From Adineta vaga (Eukaryota; Animalia; Rotifera), in contig CP075496.1 of assembly GCA_021613535.1 (NCBI GenBank), positions 3,844,001-3,908,000 of the forward strand: 64,000 nucleotides of DNA, in the 5' to 3' direction. Positions 14,250 through 25,332 of the stretch are shown here, piece after piece (position 1 is the first letter of the stretch; every line of letters begins with the position of its first letter). The position numbers and the translations under genes are program-made. Under the pieces are notes generated by a model. That model worked only from the letters and a program-made list of their open reading frames with translations, was not told where the DNA came from and ran no database searches.

Positions 14250-16319
14250 ATGTCAATATCAATGAATGAGATTCATTTACCAATAGAAATCATAGATCAT
14301 GTAGATCAAACGAAGTTGAATATTAGAATACGTCGATTTGTTATTGATCGTGTACAAATGATTAAAAATGAATTGAAAGAAATCTTTACATTTCATCCAA
14401 AAGAATGGGTTGATTCGTTTCGTTGTAATTCATTCTATCCATTATTTGTTAAAGGTGATATCGATGGTTTTATTGCATTATTTATCAATACTCTAGCAAC
14501 ATTATTAGCAGTTATTTTAAGTTTACAACCAGTCTTAGGCAATGAAATTATCTATGAGAAAATTGTACCAGGGTAAATCGTTTGATATTAGAAAGAAACT
14601 TATTCGATTTTTTAACTCTAGAGTAGGATTATCTATGTTATGGGGTAATTTCTATTATGTTTATATGGCACGAAAACTAGCCTACAAAGAAAAACGTGGT
14701 GATGTATGTACTATGCCTTATGGAATTAATACTCCAGGTGCATTCGCTTTTATTTATATTATTATCTTACCAACATATTATGGATGTATTTCAACGCATG
14801 AAAAAAGTTATTGTCAAGAGTTAGCATGGCATGTTGCTTTAGCAAGTAATTTTATTACTGGTATTATTCTGTTAGTATTGAGCGTATTTGGTGAATTTAT
14901 TCGACAAAATACACCAAGTGTCGCTTTACTCTCATCAATTTCTGGTCTAGGATTTGTTTTCTTAGCACTAAATGAATATTTACCAATCGCAGCTACACCG
15001 ATTGTATCATTTGTACCATTTGCAATTGTTATGCTAGGATTTTTTGGACAAGGTAAAACTAAAATCAATTATTATCACCTAAAATTCTATCTTCTTCATC
15101 TTCTTCTTTGCTTATTCTAGTTGAGTTTGGTCCAGTTCCAGTCGCATTTGTAGCATTAATAATTGGTACTATTTTGGCTTGGGTAACATCACTCAATCAA
15201 CTTTCTGATGTACGCGAAGCAGTTCATCTTGTTAAAATTTACACACCTATCTTTCCGATCAAAGAAATATTTCGTCATTTTAATACGATTAGTACTTATC
15301 TTTCAACAACAATACCAACAGCTATATCAATTGCTATTGGAACTATTCAATGTATTGAATCAGCTAAACGTGCAGGTGATTTTTATCCAACAAGAGAAGC
15401 AATGTTTGCAGATGGAATGGGAACAATAATTGCAAGTTTATTTGGATCTATTTTTGGTATGACAAGTGAGTAAAATACGCGAATCGATTATGATCAGATC
15501 AAAAATCTTCTCTTTAGCTTACATTGGTCATTCAGCTTTCAAAAAAATGGGTGCTAAACAAGCGTATTCAATTGCACATGGTATTGTTTATTTGCCATTA
15601 TGTTTTCTTGGACTTAATGCTTTATTTATTTCTATTATTGCAATTGTTTCGATTAATCCTATTGTAGTGAGTAGTTTTTCTCTTTGAAATCATATCTATG
15701 AATAATCATGAATAGTTGAAACATATCATTGATTGTATAGATCTTTATTGGTTTGATCATTTGTGCTGATACTCTATCGATTACTCCTCAACGTCATTAT
15801 CCAGCATTTCTTTTTGGTATTATGTCAATTGTAGCTGATTGGGCACATGGCACAATTATTAATGGTGTGACTGCTGCTTATTCTACTTTTACCATATCGA
15901 ATGTTCAATTTTCACCGAATATTACATCAGCAATTTCAAGTTTTTCGTATCGTGGCTTAATTAATTTTGCTGGTGGATCACAATTACAATGTATTTTTAT
16001 CACGGCTATTATGATGTATATGACTGATCGCAAATTTATCCATGCAGCTGTTTGGTCGTTTCTAGCAGGAATTTTTGCATTTTTTGGATTGATTAATTCA
16101 AGTAATGTTGGTATTTTGATAAAGAATAGTGATGATGGTTGGCGATTTACCATTAGTTATATGTTGATGGTTATTTTATTCGGATGTTTAGAATATGCAC
16201 AACGAAAAAAATGGATTAAGGAACAAGAAACTGAACCTGATGATCTATCAAGTAACGAATGGATTGAATGGAAAAGACAACAAATGTTAACAGATGTCGA
16301 AAAAAACTTCACTAGTTGA
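14250..16319 (+). CDS. NCS2/AzgA-like xanthine-uracil-type permease, bacterial-like, 5 exons
   Basis: FVKGDIDGFIALF…GNFYYVYMARKLA…DVCTMPYGINTPG…IESAKRAGDFYP…YIGHSAFKKMGA; multiple TM helices; four ~46-75 nt GT-AG introns join the ORF-track fragments. Confidence 0.85.
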
Positions 16320-16370
16320 TACAAAAGACTTTTTTCTTGTTAATATATAAAAGAATCTTATTGAAGAAGG

Positions 16371-17396
16371 TTAACAAAAAGTTGGTGCATTTCTTTTCAA
16401 CCAATATATTTCATCAGGCCATGATGTATTTTCTTGTAAATCTAATACTTTACATTGATTATTTATTGGAATATAGTGACGTTGATTCAAAAATTCGATG
16501 ATGATTTTCACTTGATTGGCATCTTGATGAACAATTTTCCATTCCATTTGAATCAATGGAATATCTAATGTATCAAATATTCGATGGCCTGTTTTGAATA
16601 CGAAACTTTCACTTCCTTCGATATCCATTTTTATTGATACACTACGAATAGCATGTGCAAGTAAAATTGGAAGAACTTCATCAAACGTTATAGTTTTAAC
16701 AATATATGGATTAACGATCGGCAGATTCGTTTTTCCATGATAGTTTCGTGAAGGATGTATACTTTGCCCTCCGACATTGGTTGTATCTATGGATAATCGT
16801 AAATATTGTCCTGAGTGATTGAAAATTGCATTTTGAACTAGAACAACTTGATTATAAAGATTCCTCATTTGAATTGCTCGACGTAGACGAACAAGATTTG
16901 GTGCAAAACAATCAATAGCTAAAACGAATCGACCTAGTGTTGCAACATACATTGTATAAGTTCCAATATTTGCACCGATATCAATAAAATGCATATGTGG
17001 ATGACGAACAAGATATTGCAGAAGTCGTGTAACCTGTTCTTCTTCCCAAATCGAAGTTATTTCAGAAAATGCACCACTGACATATCGATCTCGTTTCGTA
17101 TCGTATAAACAAACATTTGTACTGATATTATGAAGTAATGGTTTTGTTTTCACACATCGAAATTTAGTGTTTTTTGTCGTTTCATACAAATCAACAAGTT
17201 GTACATTGGGTGAAATATTATATTGATATTCTTGTTGAATAGGTAAGTACTTGAATAGGATTCTTCTTACTCGATGTCTATCGAATATAAAAGAATAAAT
17301 ACATATGAATACAAGAAGAAAAATTAGAATCTTTCGTAATAGCTTCCAATCGTATAATAAGGAAAAGGGTCGTGTAATATTCCGCAGAAAGTTCAT
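16371..17396 (-). CDS. FkbM-family (Methyltransf_21) SAM-dependent methyltransferase with N-terminal membrane anchor, single exon
   Basis: FIDIGANIG SAM-binding motif and IKMDIEGSE motif; hydrophobic anchor ILIFLLVFICIYSFIF; likely start MNFLRN at 17396. Confidence 0.85.
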   Translation of the reverse strand: MNFLRNITRPFSLLYDWKLLRKILIFLLVFICIYSFIFDRHRVRRILFKYLPIQQEYQYNISPNVQLVDLYETTKNTKFRCVKTKPLLHNISTNVCLYDTKRDRYVSGAFSEITSIWEEEQVTRLLQYLVRHPHMHFIDIGANIGTYTMYVATLGRFVLAIDCFAPNLVRLRRAIQMRNLYNQVVLVQNAIFNHSGQYLRLSIDTTNVGGQSIHPSRNYHGKTNLPIVNPYIVKTITFDEVLPILLAHAIRSVSIKMDIEGSESFVFKTGHRIFDTLDIPLIQMEWKIVHQDANQVKIIIEFLNQRHYIPINNQCKVLDLQENTSWPDEIYWLKRNAPTFC

Positions 17397-18458
17397 ATGA
17401 ATTAAATCGACGTAGAAAAACACATTTGAGTATTTGAAAAAGAGTGTTTGTTCAGAAAAGTAAGTGTTTTTTCTTAAATTATTTCCTTCTTTTTTAAGAT
17501 TCATTAAAAGCGTGATTGTTGAGAGTTTCATTCCGTCTCTCTTTTCTCAACTAATTATTGACACAATCAGAAGAGAAAAAAATTGGTTTCTTTTTGAAAT
17601 AACTGAATGAAATAGCATGTGTCGACTGCTTACATTTCTGTCAGTTCTCATTAGTTTTCTACATATGATGCGTTATAGCGTTTTCCTGGAAATTACATGT
17701 ATTCGGATGTAAGATGAATTTTCCGGAAAACCAAAAAACCTTTTTGCAAAAACTCTTGATAGTCGAATTGGTTATTCTAAATCCACTATACAAAATTTTC
17801 ATTGAGGGTGCCATGAAGGTTGATGAGATTTATGTTTTCTAGCGCAGTCAAAATAAATAACACTCGTCGACCGTAACTCGCTTAACCCTCGACTGAAGAA
17901 GTGACAAAATGGAATTTATTGATTATTGTTCTCATAAGATTTTTCTTTGGAAGTATATATTTTTATAAAAAACGCACACTTCAAGCAATCATTTACTTTA
18001 ACATCAAAGTTGTCATCAACAAATATTTTTCCTTCTAGATCTAATCATTGCAGAGCATCTAAAGCATAAAAACTACCACTTATTACATTGATAATTTCAG
18101 TAAAATCAAACATTAGTGGTGTGCCGATATGATGAATAAGACGATTGGTCATGACCGATTGACCGATGGTAGCTGCTTAGACATTGCATGTCTCTAATAT
18201 ATAAGCGCGTGTTGTTTGTAACTTACGAGGGAACTTCACCAAGTGATACCCTCCGTTTGATCTGATATTCTGCGCATAAGTAGGGCTCATAGAGTAGATA
18301 CAGACCCCAAAAGGGTTGGTGCCATTGGCCTCTTGTTGTTGAGATACTGTACTTTTAAGGTACCGAGAAGACTGACTGCTGTGGTCCACCTAAAGGATAT
18401 CCGAAAAACTCATATTGGAACTTCGAGCTGAAATTTTTTATGAAGAGGTCTCACTGAA

Positions 18459-18868
18459 CAGTGGCGCAACCAGTATTTTTAGGCCAATGGGCAAACTTCT
18501 ACTACGTAAGAAGAAGACGGTGGGCAGGCTTTTTATCGACAGGCCTAACATTTTTGTCTTATCAATACGCGAAAAACGCTCAGTAGAGCATAAACATATT
18601 GAAACGAGATAACGCTTTTCTAATAAGAAACTGCGGTATAAAGAAATTTCGGGCTTAAGTCGAATGATTATTGGCATATTTTTGATGTTTTGCAACATTT
18701 ATTTTTGAAATCGAATGTCAAAATCAAGACGAAAAAGATATAGCTGTTATCTAACTTATAAATCAATGTATCAATTTTAACAAGTAAAATTCGAGTGAGC
18801 AAAAACCTACTCAATAATATTTGAATGGGCAATTGCCCATTTGCCCCCCCCCCCTAGTTGCGCCATTG
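18459..18868. mobile_element. Non-autonomous hAT-like MITE (~410 bp)
   Basis: Ends CAGTGGCGCAAC…GTTGCGCCATTG (11/12 inverted); subterminal AATGGGCAA motifs and a GGGCAATTGCCC palindrome beside a C-run; 8-bp TSD not evident. Confidence 0.6.
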
Positions 18869-19284
18869 GATGATCTTGTAAATTGAATAAAATAGATAAC
18901 AAATTCAATAATATCTCTGAATGAAGAAACTTATGACTAAAACAAATAGTTGAATTGATTGTTTATGAGTCGGTGATAAATATATTTAATTATCAATACA
19001 AAAAAAAGAGATTTTCTTGAAAAAACAAATAATTGATTAAGTGAATTCTATCATACAATTAATAAAAATGAAAAGAAATGTAATTATATGTCTCCTATTC
19101 ACAATGTTCAGTCGTTTTTATTTGATTGATCAGATCCATTGAAGTTCTTGTTTCTTAAATCTAAGAAAAATGAAAAAGATTTAGATGGCATTTTTATTTC
19201 TTTTGTGCTTTGATTGTAATAGAAAACCTAATTACATCTAATTTGAATGATGATATAATAGATGTTATATGTTTGAATTTTTAT

Positions 19285-19874
19285 CTAGTTAATATCTTGA
19301 ATGCCTGAAGGTACTAGTTCTTCATAGAGCAATTGACCAAATGGAGGAGTTGCAAATGAAGGAAGATTTGTTTCTAATGAATCTAAAATTTAAAGGAAAA
19401 TATTAATTTTTTTCTAATGTATATATTTTCTTGAGGACTTACTTGGATTTCGTTGATGTATTCGAATAAGATGTTCATATGGACATCGAACTCGAGTAGC
19501 GTCAGCACCAATACTTGTATTCATTTCTTTTTTTTATCAAAGTCATACAAATCGTCGAAATATAATGTGCAGTTTTTAACTCCTCCATCACCCATGAAAC
19601 AAGTAGAAGGTTTTTGTTCTTGTTTTATTTGATTTTCTACTGGAATATATCGACTAGTTTCTTGTGTTGAAAGAGATTGTAATACATTTGATGATATTCT
19701 AGAAATCGAGTGTTGTTGTTTCAGTACAGTGAGTCTTCGATCGAAGTTATCTTGTCGAATTTTGATTTCATTAATTGTCATATTAATGTCTTTCATTAAC
19801 ACTAAAATTTCTTCGATTTGAAATTTAGATTTTTCTTCAACATCAATATGAATATATGAATCATCTGTAGTCAT
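19285..19874 (-). CDS. Orphan two-exon coiled-coil gene interrupted by a 1-nt frameshift in an A8 run
   Basis: ORF 19874-19521 stops just after the A8 run. One more A continues it (EMNTSIGADATRVRCPYEHLIRIHQRNP) to a GTAAGT donor at ~19442, and an in-phase exon NSLETNLPSFATPPFGQLLYEELVPSGIQDIN* follows. Confidence 0.55.
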
Positions 19875-21080
19875 CTTCCTAGATTCAATCTACAATAGAT
19901 GAATAGAAGAATTTATATTATCAGAATATCATCATATACATGTAATACATATAATTCTAAAATATCATGAATATTAAGCGGGATGTTCAATGAATATGAT
20001 CATATTAAAATAAATAAATAAAACTATAATTCATCAAAAAGTTTTGATATATTAAATATAGATATAAATCAGTGTAATTCTTATTTTTCAAGAAGACTTA
20101 ATGAATATGCTTGTGTTGATATAATAATCAAATGCATCTTGATCTTGATAGTTATTTGTGAAGACAAATCTAAAACGATGAATAAATTTAAAAAATTCGA
20201 GATTTTCAAGTGACAAGTAAACAGAAGGATTTTTCAGCATCCTGTCGACGAGATGACAGGACAGTGTTACATCTCGACTCTTTCAGACAAGGATTATATG
20301 AAATTTTTTCGAGTACCATCTATGTGGAGAAGAAAGAAAACGATTTGTTTTTAAATGTTTATTATAACGTTCAACATAGACAACTGAATGAACAATAATA
20401 AAATATAACTGAGAATATGTTTTTATATGAGTATGAAAGAAAACAATACTGACCATCTGACTTTGTTTGAAATCATCATTTTCCTAAAAAAGATGTTCTT
20501 TAAAATGGATTATCACTTTTAAAGCATCAAACTCACTTATTTCTTTATCAAAATGTCATGTATAAATGTACCTAAACTAATTCCAATAGCAATTATTGTA
20601 CAAAAATTTAACATTGAAATAACTTGGATATTTCCTGCCAAAATTTATAATAATTTAAATGGAATTACAACAATAAAAATTATAATTCGAACTAAAACAA
20701 AAATGAACAGACATGTGCTATCTTTTGTACTTAATTTCTTACTTGAGTCGAAAAGCAATTTTTGTAATTCCATTACCAATCGACAACGAAGAAATCGTTT
20801 TATTAATTGTGGCATGTGTAGATTTAAATATAACATATAATAATATAATTCGAATCATTGTGAATGATTTCACCAACAGAAAATATTAATCAATGCTAGT
20901 TATTCAGTCGAGAGCTTAGCGAGTCTGCATCGACGAGCGTTATTTATCTTTATGATGATTACTGAAAAAAAATATAATTTTATGACCTTCAACCCTGACA
21001 CAAACATACAGACACATAAACTATTTTTTTTCATATGGCCTTCCTTTCAGTCGAGGGAACTATTTTCAAAAAGAATTATA

Positions 21081-21169
21081 AGAACTTTATTTATGACTGC
21101 CATAATGGAAATTATGAAATTCTCCATTATGTCGATTATGTCCATTATGGCAGTCATAACTAAAGTTCT
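21081..21169. repeat. 89-bp hairpin: 29-bp inverted arms (1 mismatch), 31-nt spacer
   Basis: AGAACTTTATTTATGACTGCCATAATGGA (21081-21109) vs TCCATTATGGCAGTCATAACTAAAGTTCT (21141-21169). Confidence 0.9.
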
Positions 21170-22112
21170 GCACCTCCTGTGGGACAGCTATGACAAAATT
21201 GAGTTTCCCCGAAAATGCTATAACGCATCAAATCATTTTCTAAAACTTTCCATACAATATGTATGATGACTAAAACTTCAGTGAAAGATAATTCCTGAAA
21301 TGTGATGACAACTATAATTTCCTCTTCGATTCGTCATTTTCAACGTAATTCAAGTCAAAGTACAATATTTTAATCGATAAAAAAAGCGATGAAAACTAAA
21401 AAATCAATCGAGATAGTCATTTCTAAACTAAATTGTTTTCGATAAAATCTGTTGTATTTTTAAAAATAATAAATCCGTTTTTTACGGGACTATTTAAAAA
21501 ATTAGCATTTTCATTAAAAAAAGTGCGCTGTACATATAATTGTTATCGGAGAATGTCGATACTAAAATGAAGTGTTATTTTAATTTATTTTCGTTATTAT
21601 CATACCAGAACAATGAAGACGAAAATATTTGAAATATTTGGTAAAATAGAGAAACTCAGCGTAATTTCGATATGATGAATACGCTTAGAAATACAGAAAA
21701 TGTGAACTGAAATATTCTTTTCAGTGATTTCAGATCTTTCATCTAACTAACAAACTCATGAGCAGATCACATACGCTTTCGATCGCATTAGAAGTGTTAT
21801 TATTGGATATTATTAACATCTAACATTAATATAAAGTATTTCAAACTACGTATTACTCAAGAATATAGATGATCGAAGATTTCCTCACTGAGACCTTAAC
21901 TTTCTGCATCACAATGACGAATCAGTTTCTTTCTCAAACATTTATCTATACCTCAATGATTACTGTGACACCAAACTGTCATAAGACACATTCATTTCTG
22001 AAATAATCTAATATTGGTTTATTCAACGTTTTCAAAACATTCTTTTATTAATTTTATGCGTAAGCTCTCAAGACAATTTAAATTGCTGTGAACTTTTCTT
22101 TTCATTTTATAA

Positions 22113-24200
22113 CTAATCAGCACTTGATGGCACAACAGTACAGTAACGTAAACTGCAACCAGGTGGTCTCGTTAAACGATAAACGTAAAACGATCCACAG
22201 TTTGTAACTTGTATATCGTTCCGAAAAATACAGCTATTACCATCCCATGAGTAACACACCGTTCCATTTGTAGTTGAGTATGTAGTATTCGGCATACTAC
22301 CTGAATACCAACCTCCTGCATCTGTACCACATCGACTGACCGCGGGCTGTGACGTTGGTATTTGAGTTCCACCTTCTCCAAAGAATCGAATCCATACTCC
22401 ACTTGCATTGAAAACAGATTGATCACACACACCATTAGAACCATTGTTATTGATGCTTCTTGAAGGATCATCGATAATCGTGTGTTCATAACATTGAGGA
22501 AAAGAAAAGGGAATACTTGTTGTCGTTGTCACTATACGGATGAAATTAGAAAATGTGTAATGAGCTCGTCTAGAAAGCAAAAAAGGGAATTATTCGACTC
22601 CGATCCAAACTTACATTCCGTAGTCATCGTAGTTGTAGAAACCACTGGTGTGTCAGTACAGTAACGTAAACTGCAACCAGGTGGTCTCGTTAAACGATAT
22701 ACGTAAAACGATCCACAGTTCGTTACTTGTATATCGTTCTGCCAGTTACAGCTTCTGCCGTTCCATGTGTAACACACCGTTCCATTTGTAGTTGAGTACG
22801 TGCTAGTATTCGGCATACTACCTGAATACCAACCTCCTGCATCTGTACCACATCGACTGACCGCGGGCTGTGACGTTGGTATTTGAGTTCCACCTTCTCC
22901 AAAGAATCGAATCCATACTCCACTTGCATTGAAAACAGATTGATCACACACACCATTAGAACCATTGTTATTGATGCTTCTTGAAGGATCATCGATAATC
23001 GTGTGTTCATAACATTGAGGAAAAGAAAACGGAATACTTGTTGTTGTAGACACTAAACGGTTGAAAGTTTAAAATATGTATCTGTCCTTTTCGAGAAAGC
23101 AAAAGAGGGAATTATCCGACTCCGGTGAAAACTTACTTTCTGTAGTTGTCGTGGTTGTAGAAATCGTCGGTGTATCAGTACAGTAACGTAAACTGCAACC
23201 AGGTGGTCTCGTTAAACGATATACGTAAAACGATCCACAGTTCGTTACTTGTATATCGTTCTGCCAGTTACAGCTTCTGCCGTTCCATGTGTAACACACC
23301 GTTCCATTTGTAGTTGAGTACGTGCTGTTTGGCATACTACCTGAATACCAACCTCCTGCATCTGTACCACATCGACTGACCGCGGGTTGTGACGTTGGTA
23401 TTTGAGTACCACCTTCTCCAACAAATCGAATCCATACTCCACTTGCATTGAAAACAGCTTGATCACATACAACGTTGGAACCATTATTATTGATGTTTCT
23501 TGAAGGATCATCGATAATCGTGTGTTCATAACATTGAGGAAAAGAAAAGGGAATACTTGTTGTCGTTGTCACTATACGGATGAAATTGGAAAATGTGTAA
23601 TGAGCTCGTCTAGAAAGCAAAAAAGGGAATTATTCGACTCCGATCCAAACTTACATTCCGTAGTCATCGTAGTTGTAGAAACCACTGGTGTGTCAGTACA
23701 GTAACGTAATTTACAGTTAGGTGGTCTCGTTAAACGATATACGTAAAACGATCCACAGTTCGTTACTTGTATATCGTTCTGCCAATTACAGCTACTACCT
23801 CTCCATGTGTAACACACCGTTCCATTCGTAGTTGAGTATGTAGTATTCGGCATGCTACCTGAATACCAACCTCCTGCATCCGTACCACATCGACTGACTG
23901 CGGGCTGTGACGTTGGTATTTGAGTACCACCTTCTCCAAAGAATCGAATCCATACTCCACTTGCATTGAAAACAGATTGATCACACACACCATTAGAACC
24001 ATTGTTATTGATGCTTCTTGAAGGATCATCGATAATCGTGTGTTCATAACATTGAGGAAAAGAAATGGGAATACTTGTTGTCGTTGTCACTAAACGGATG
24101 AAATTGGAAAATGTGTAATGAGCTCGTCTAGAAAGCAAAAAAGGGAATTATTCGACTACGATCCAAACTTACATTCCGTAGTCATCGTAGTTGTAAGAAT
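22113..24200. repeat. Four near-identical ~520-bp exon+intron tandem units
   Basis: Acceptors at 24090, 23572, 23053, 22532 (periods 518, 519, 521); long identical stretches including the introns. Confidence 0.95.
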
Positions 24201-24659
24201 CATTGGTGTATCAGTACAATAACGAGCGGGACATACAGGAGGCATAGATAATTGATATACGTAGAAAGATCCACAATTAGTAATAGAAATTGTATTAGTC
24301 CAGCGGCAAGTATTGTTTTGCCAGGAAAAACATACGTTCGCATCATTAAATGTCTGAAAGACAGTTGGCATAGATCCTTGATACCATCCAGTTGCCTGAG
24401 CGCCACATTTATCAAAACTCGTCGGTGATGTAGATAGTTGTGTACCACCTTCACCAACAAAACGAATCCATTTAGGGCCGGAGATGAACATTGTATCGCA
24501 TTGGGTATCACCGTTTGCATTTACATTTCGAGTCTGATCGTTAATTATTGTATTGTCATAACATTGTGCAGGTACTTCAGATTTGTCCGATGCTGATATA
24601 AGGCCAATGAATATAGTCAGTTTGCAAACGAACAGTATGAATATTTTCATACGATTCAT
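22113..24659 (-). CDS. Secreted protein with five tandem D8C (uromodulin/GP2/OIT3-like 8-Cys) domains joined by Thr-rich linkers; exons 24659-24173, 24089-23655, 23571-23137, 23052-22615, 22531-22113
   Basis: Signal peptide MNRMKIFILFVCKLTIFIGLISA; each exon encodes C…CD…WIRFxGEGGTQ…CGT…GW…VC…W…C…I-x-(V/I)TNCGSFYVY-x-L…P…C…RYC; phase-1 introns of 83-84 nt; no ZP domain or TM/GPI tail. Confidence 0.9.
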
Positions 24660-25332
24660 GATAGCTACTGTTTTTGTAAATGAAAAGAGTTAGTTCGATC
24701 GTTGGACACATATATAGTTTTTGTTAGGATGGTATTCAATTTCACTATGTCATTCGAATGAAAGATTAATCCGAATGAAATGAATATTCGTTAGTTTGAA
24801 ACGAGTTTATCCGTATGACTAAGAATCAATATTTGTGTTAATTATTTTTAAAGCTATTCTAAAAATGACAATAACGTTTAGATTAGTTGGACTAACGAAA
24901 ATGAAAAGAACAGTAATTTGATCAAATGAATTACTACATCTTTTTTTTTCTATTATTTTTTATGAATAGAAAGGAAAGAAGCTCATCTTTATTAAAAACT
25001 TTCGTTTTTAATTATCTGTATCTAAGTTCCCTAAGATTAAAACGATATGTTAAACATAATTATGATTGCTTATTTGCTGATGTAAAACCACATTAGATCT
25101 CTTGAACGCATTGAATATTGAAAGAAAGTCGCCATCATAAATAAAGATTATATTCATCAATAAAAATAGTGCTAACAACGTTTTTATTATCAAAATCCAC
25201 GCGCGTTCCTCAATATTACATTTGCTGAAAAGTCATTATTTCTATTCATTTTGCGCTTTGATTCATCTTTTTTTCTGACTCTTCGTTTTCGGTTACAATA
25301 ATAACACTAACAAAATAAAAGTAATTAATCGA

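Larger units (their letters stand above)
17666..21230. mobile_element. Block bounded by diverged ~230-330 bp inverted repeats (long-TIR element, or two inverted copies of one repeat family)
   Basis: TGATGCGTTATAGCGTTTTC (17666-17685) vs GAAAATGCTATAACGCATCA (21211-21230): 19/20 inverted match. Second inverted block 17854-17897 vs 20903-20946: 35/44. No TSD or transposase seen. Confidence 0.55.

Noticed and set aside
18177-18698. Short ORFs within the TE block as a possible transposase
   Set aside because: No DDE or other transposase motifs; they overlap MITE sequence.
20540-20840. Hydrophobic minus-strand frame with an intron-like segment (possible pseudogene)
   Set aside because: In-frame stops and no confident family assignment.
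22113-24200. Regular repeats as a CRISPR-like array
   Set aside because: Units are ~520-bp coding exon+intron duplications, with no short repeat/unique spacer structure; the DNA is eukaryotic.
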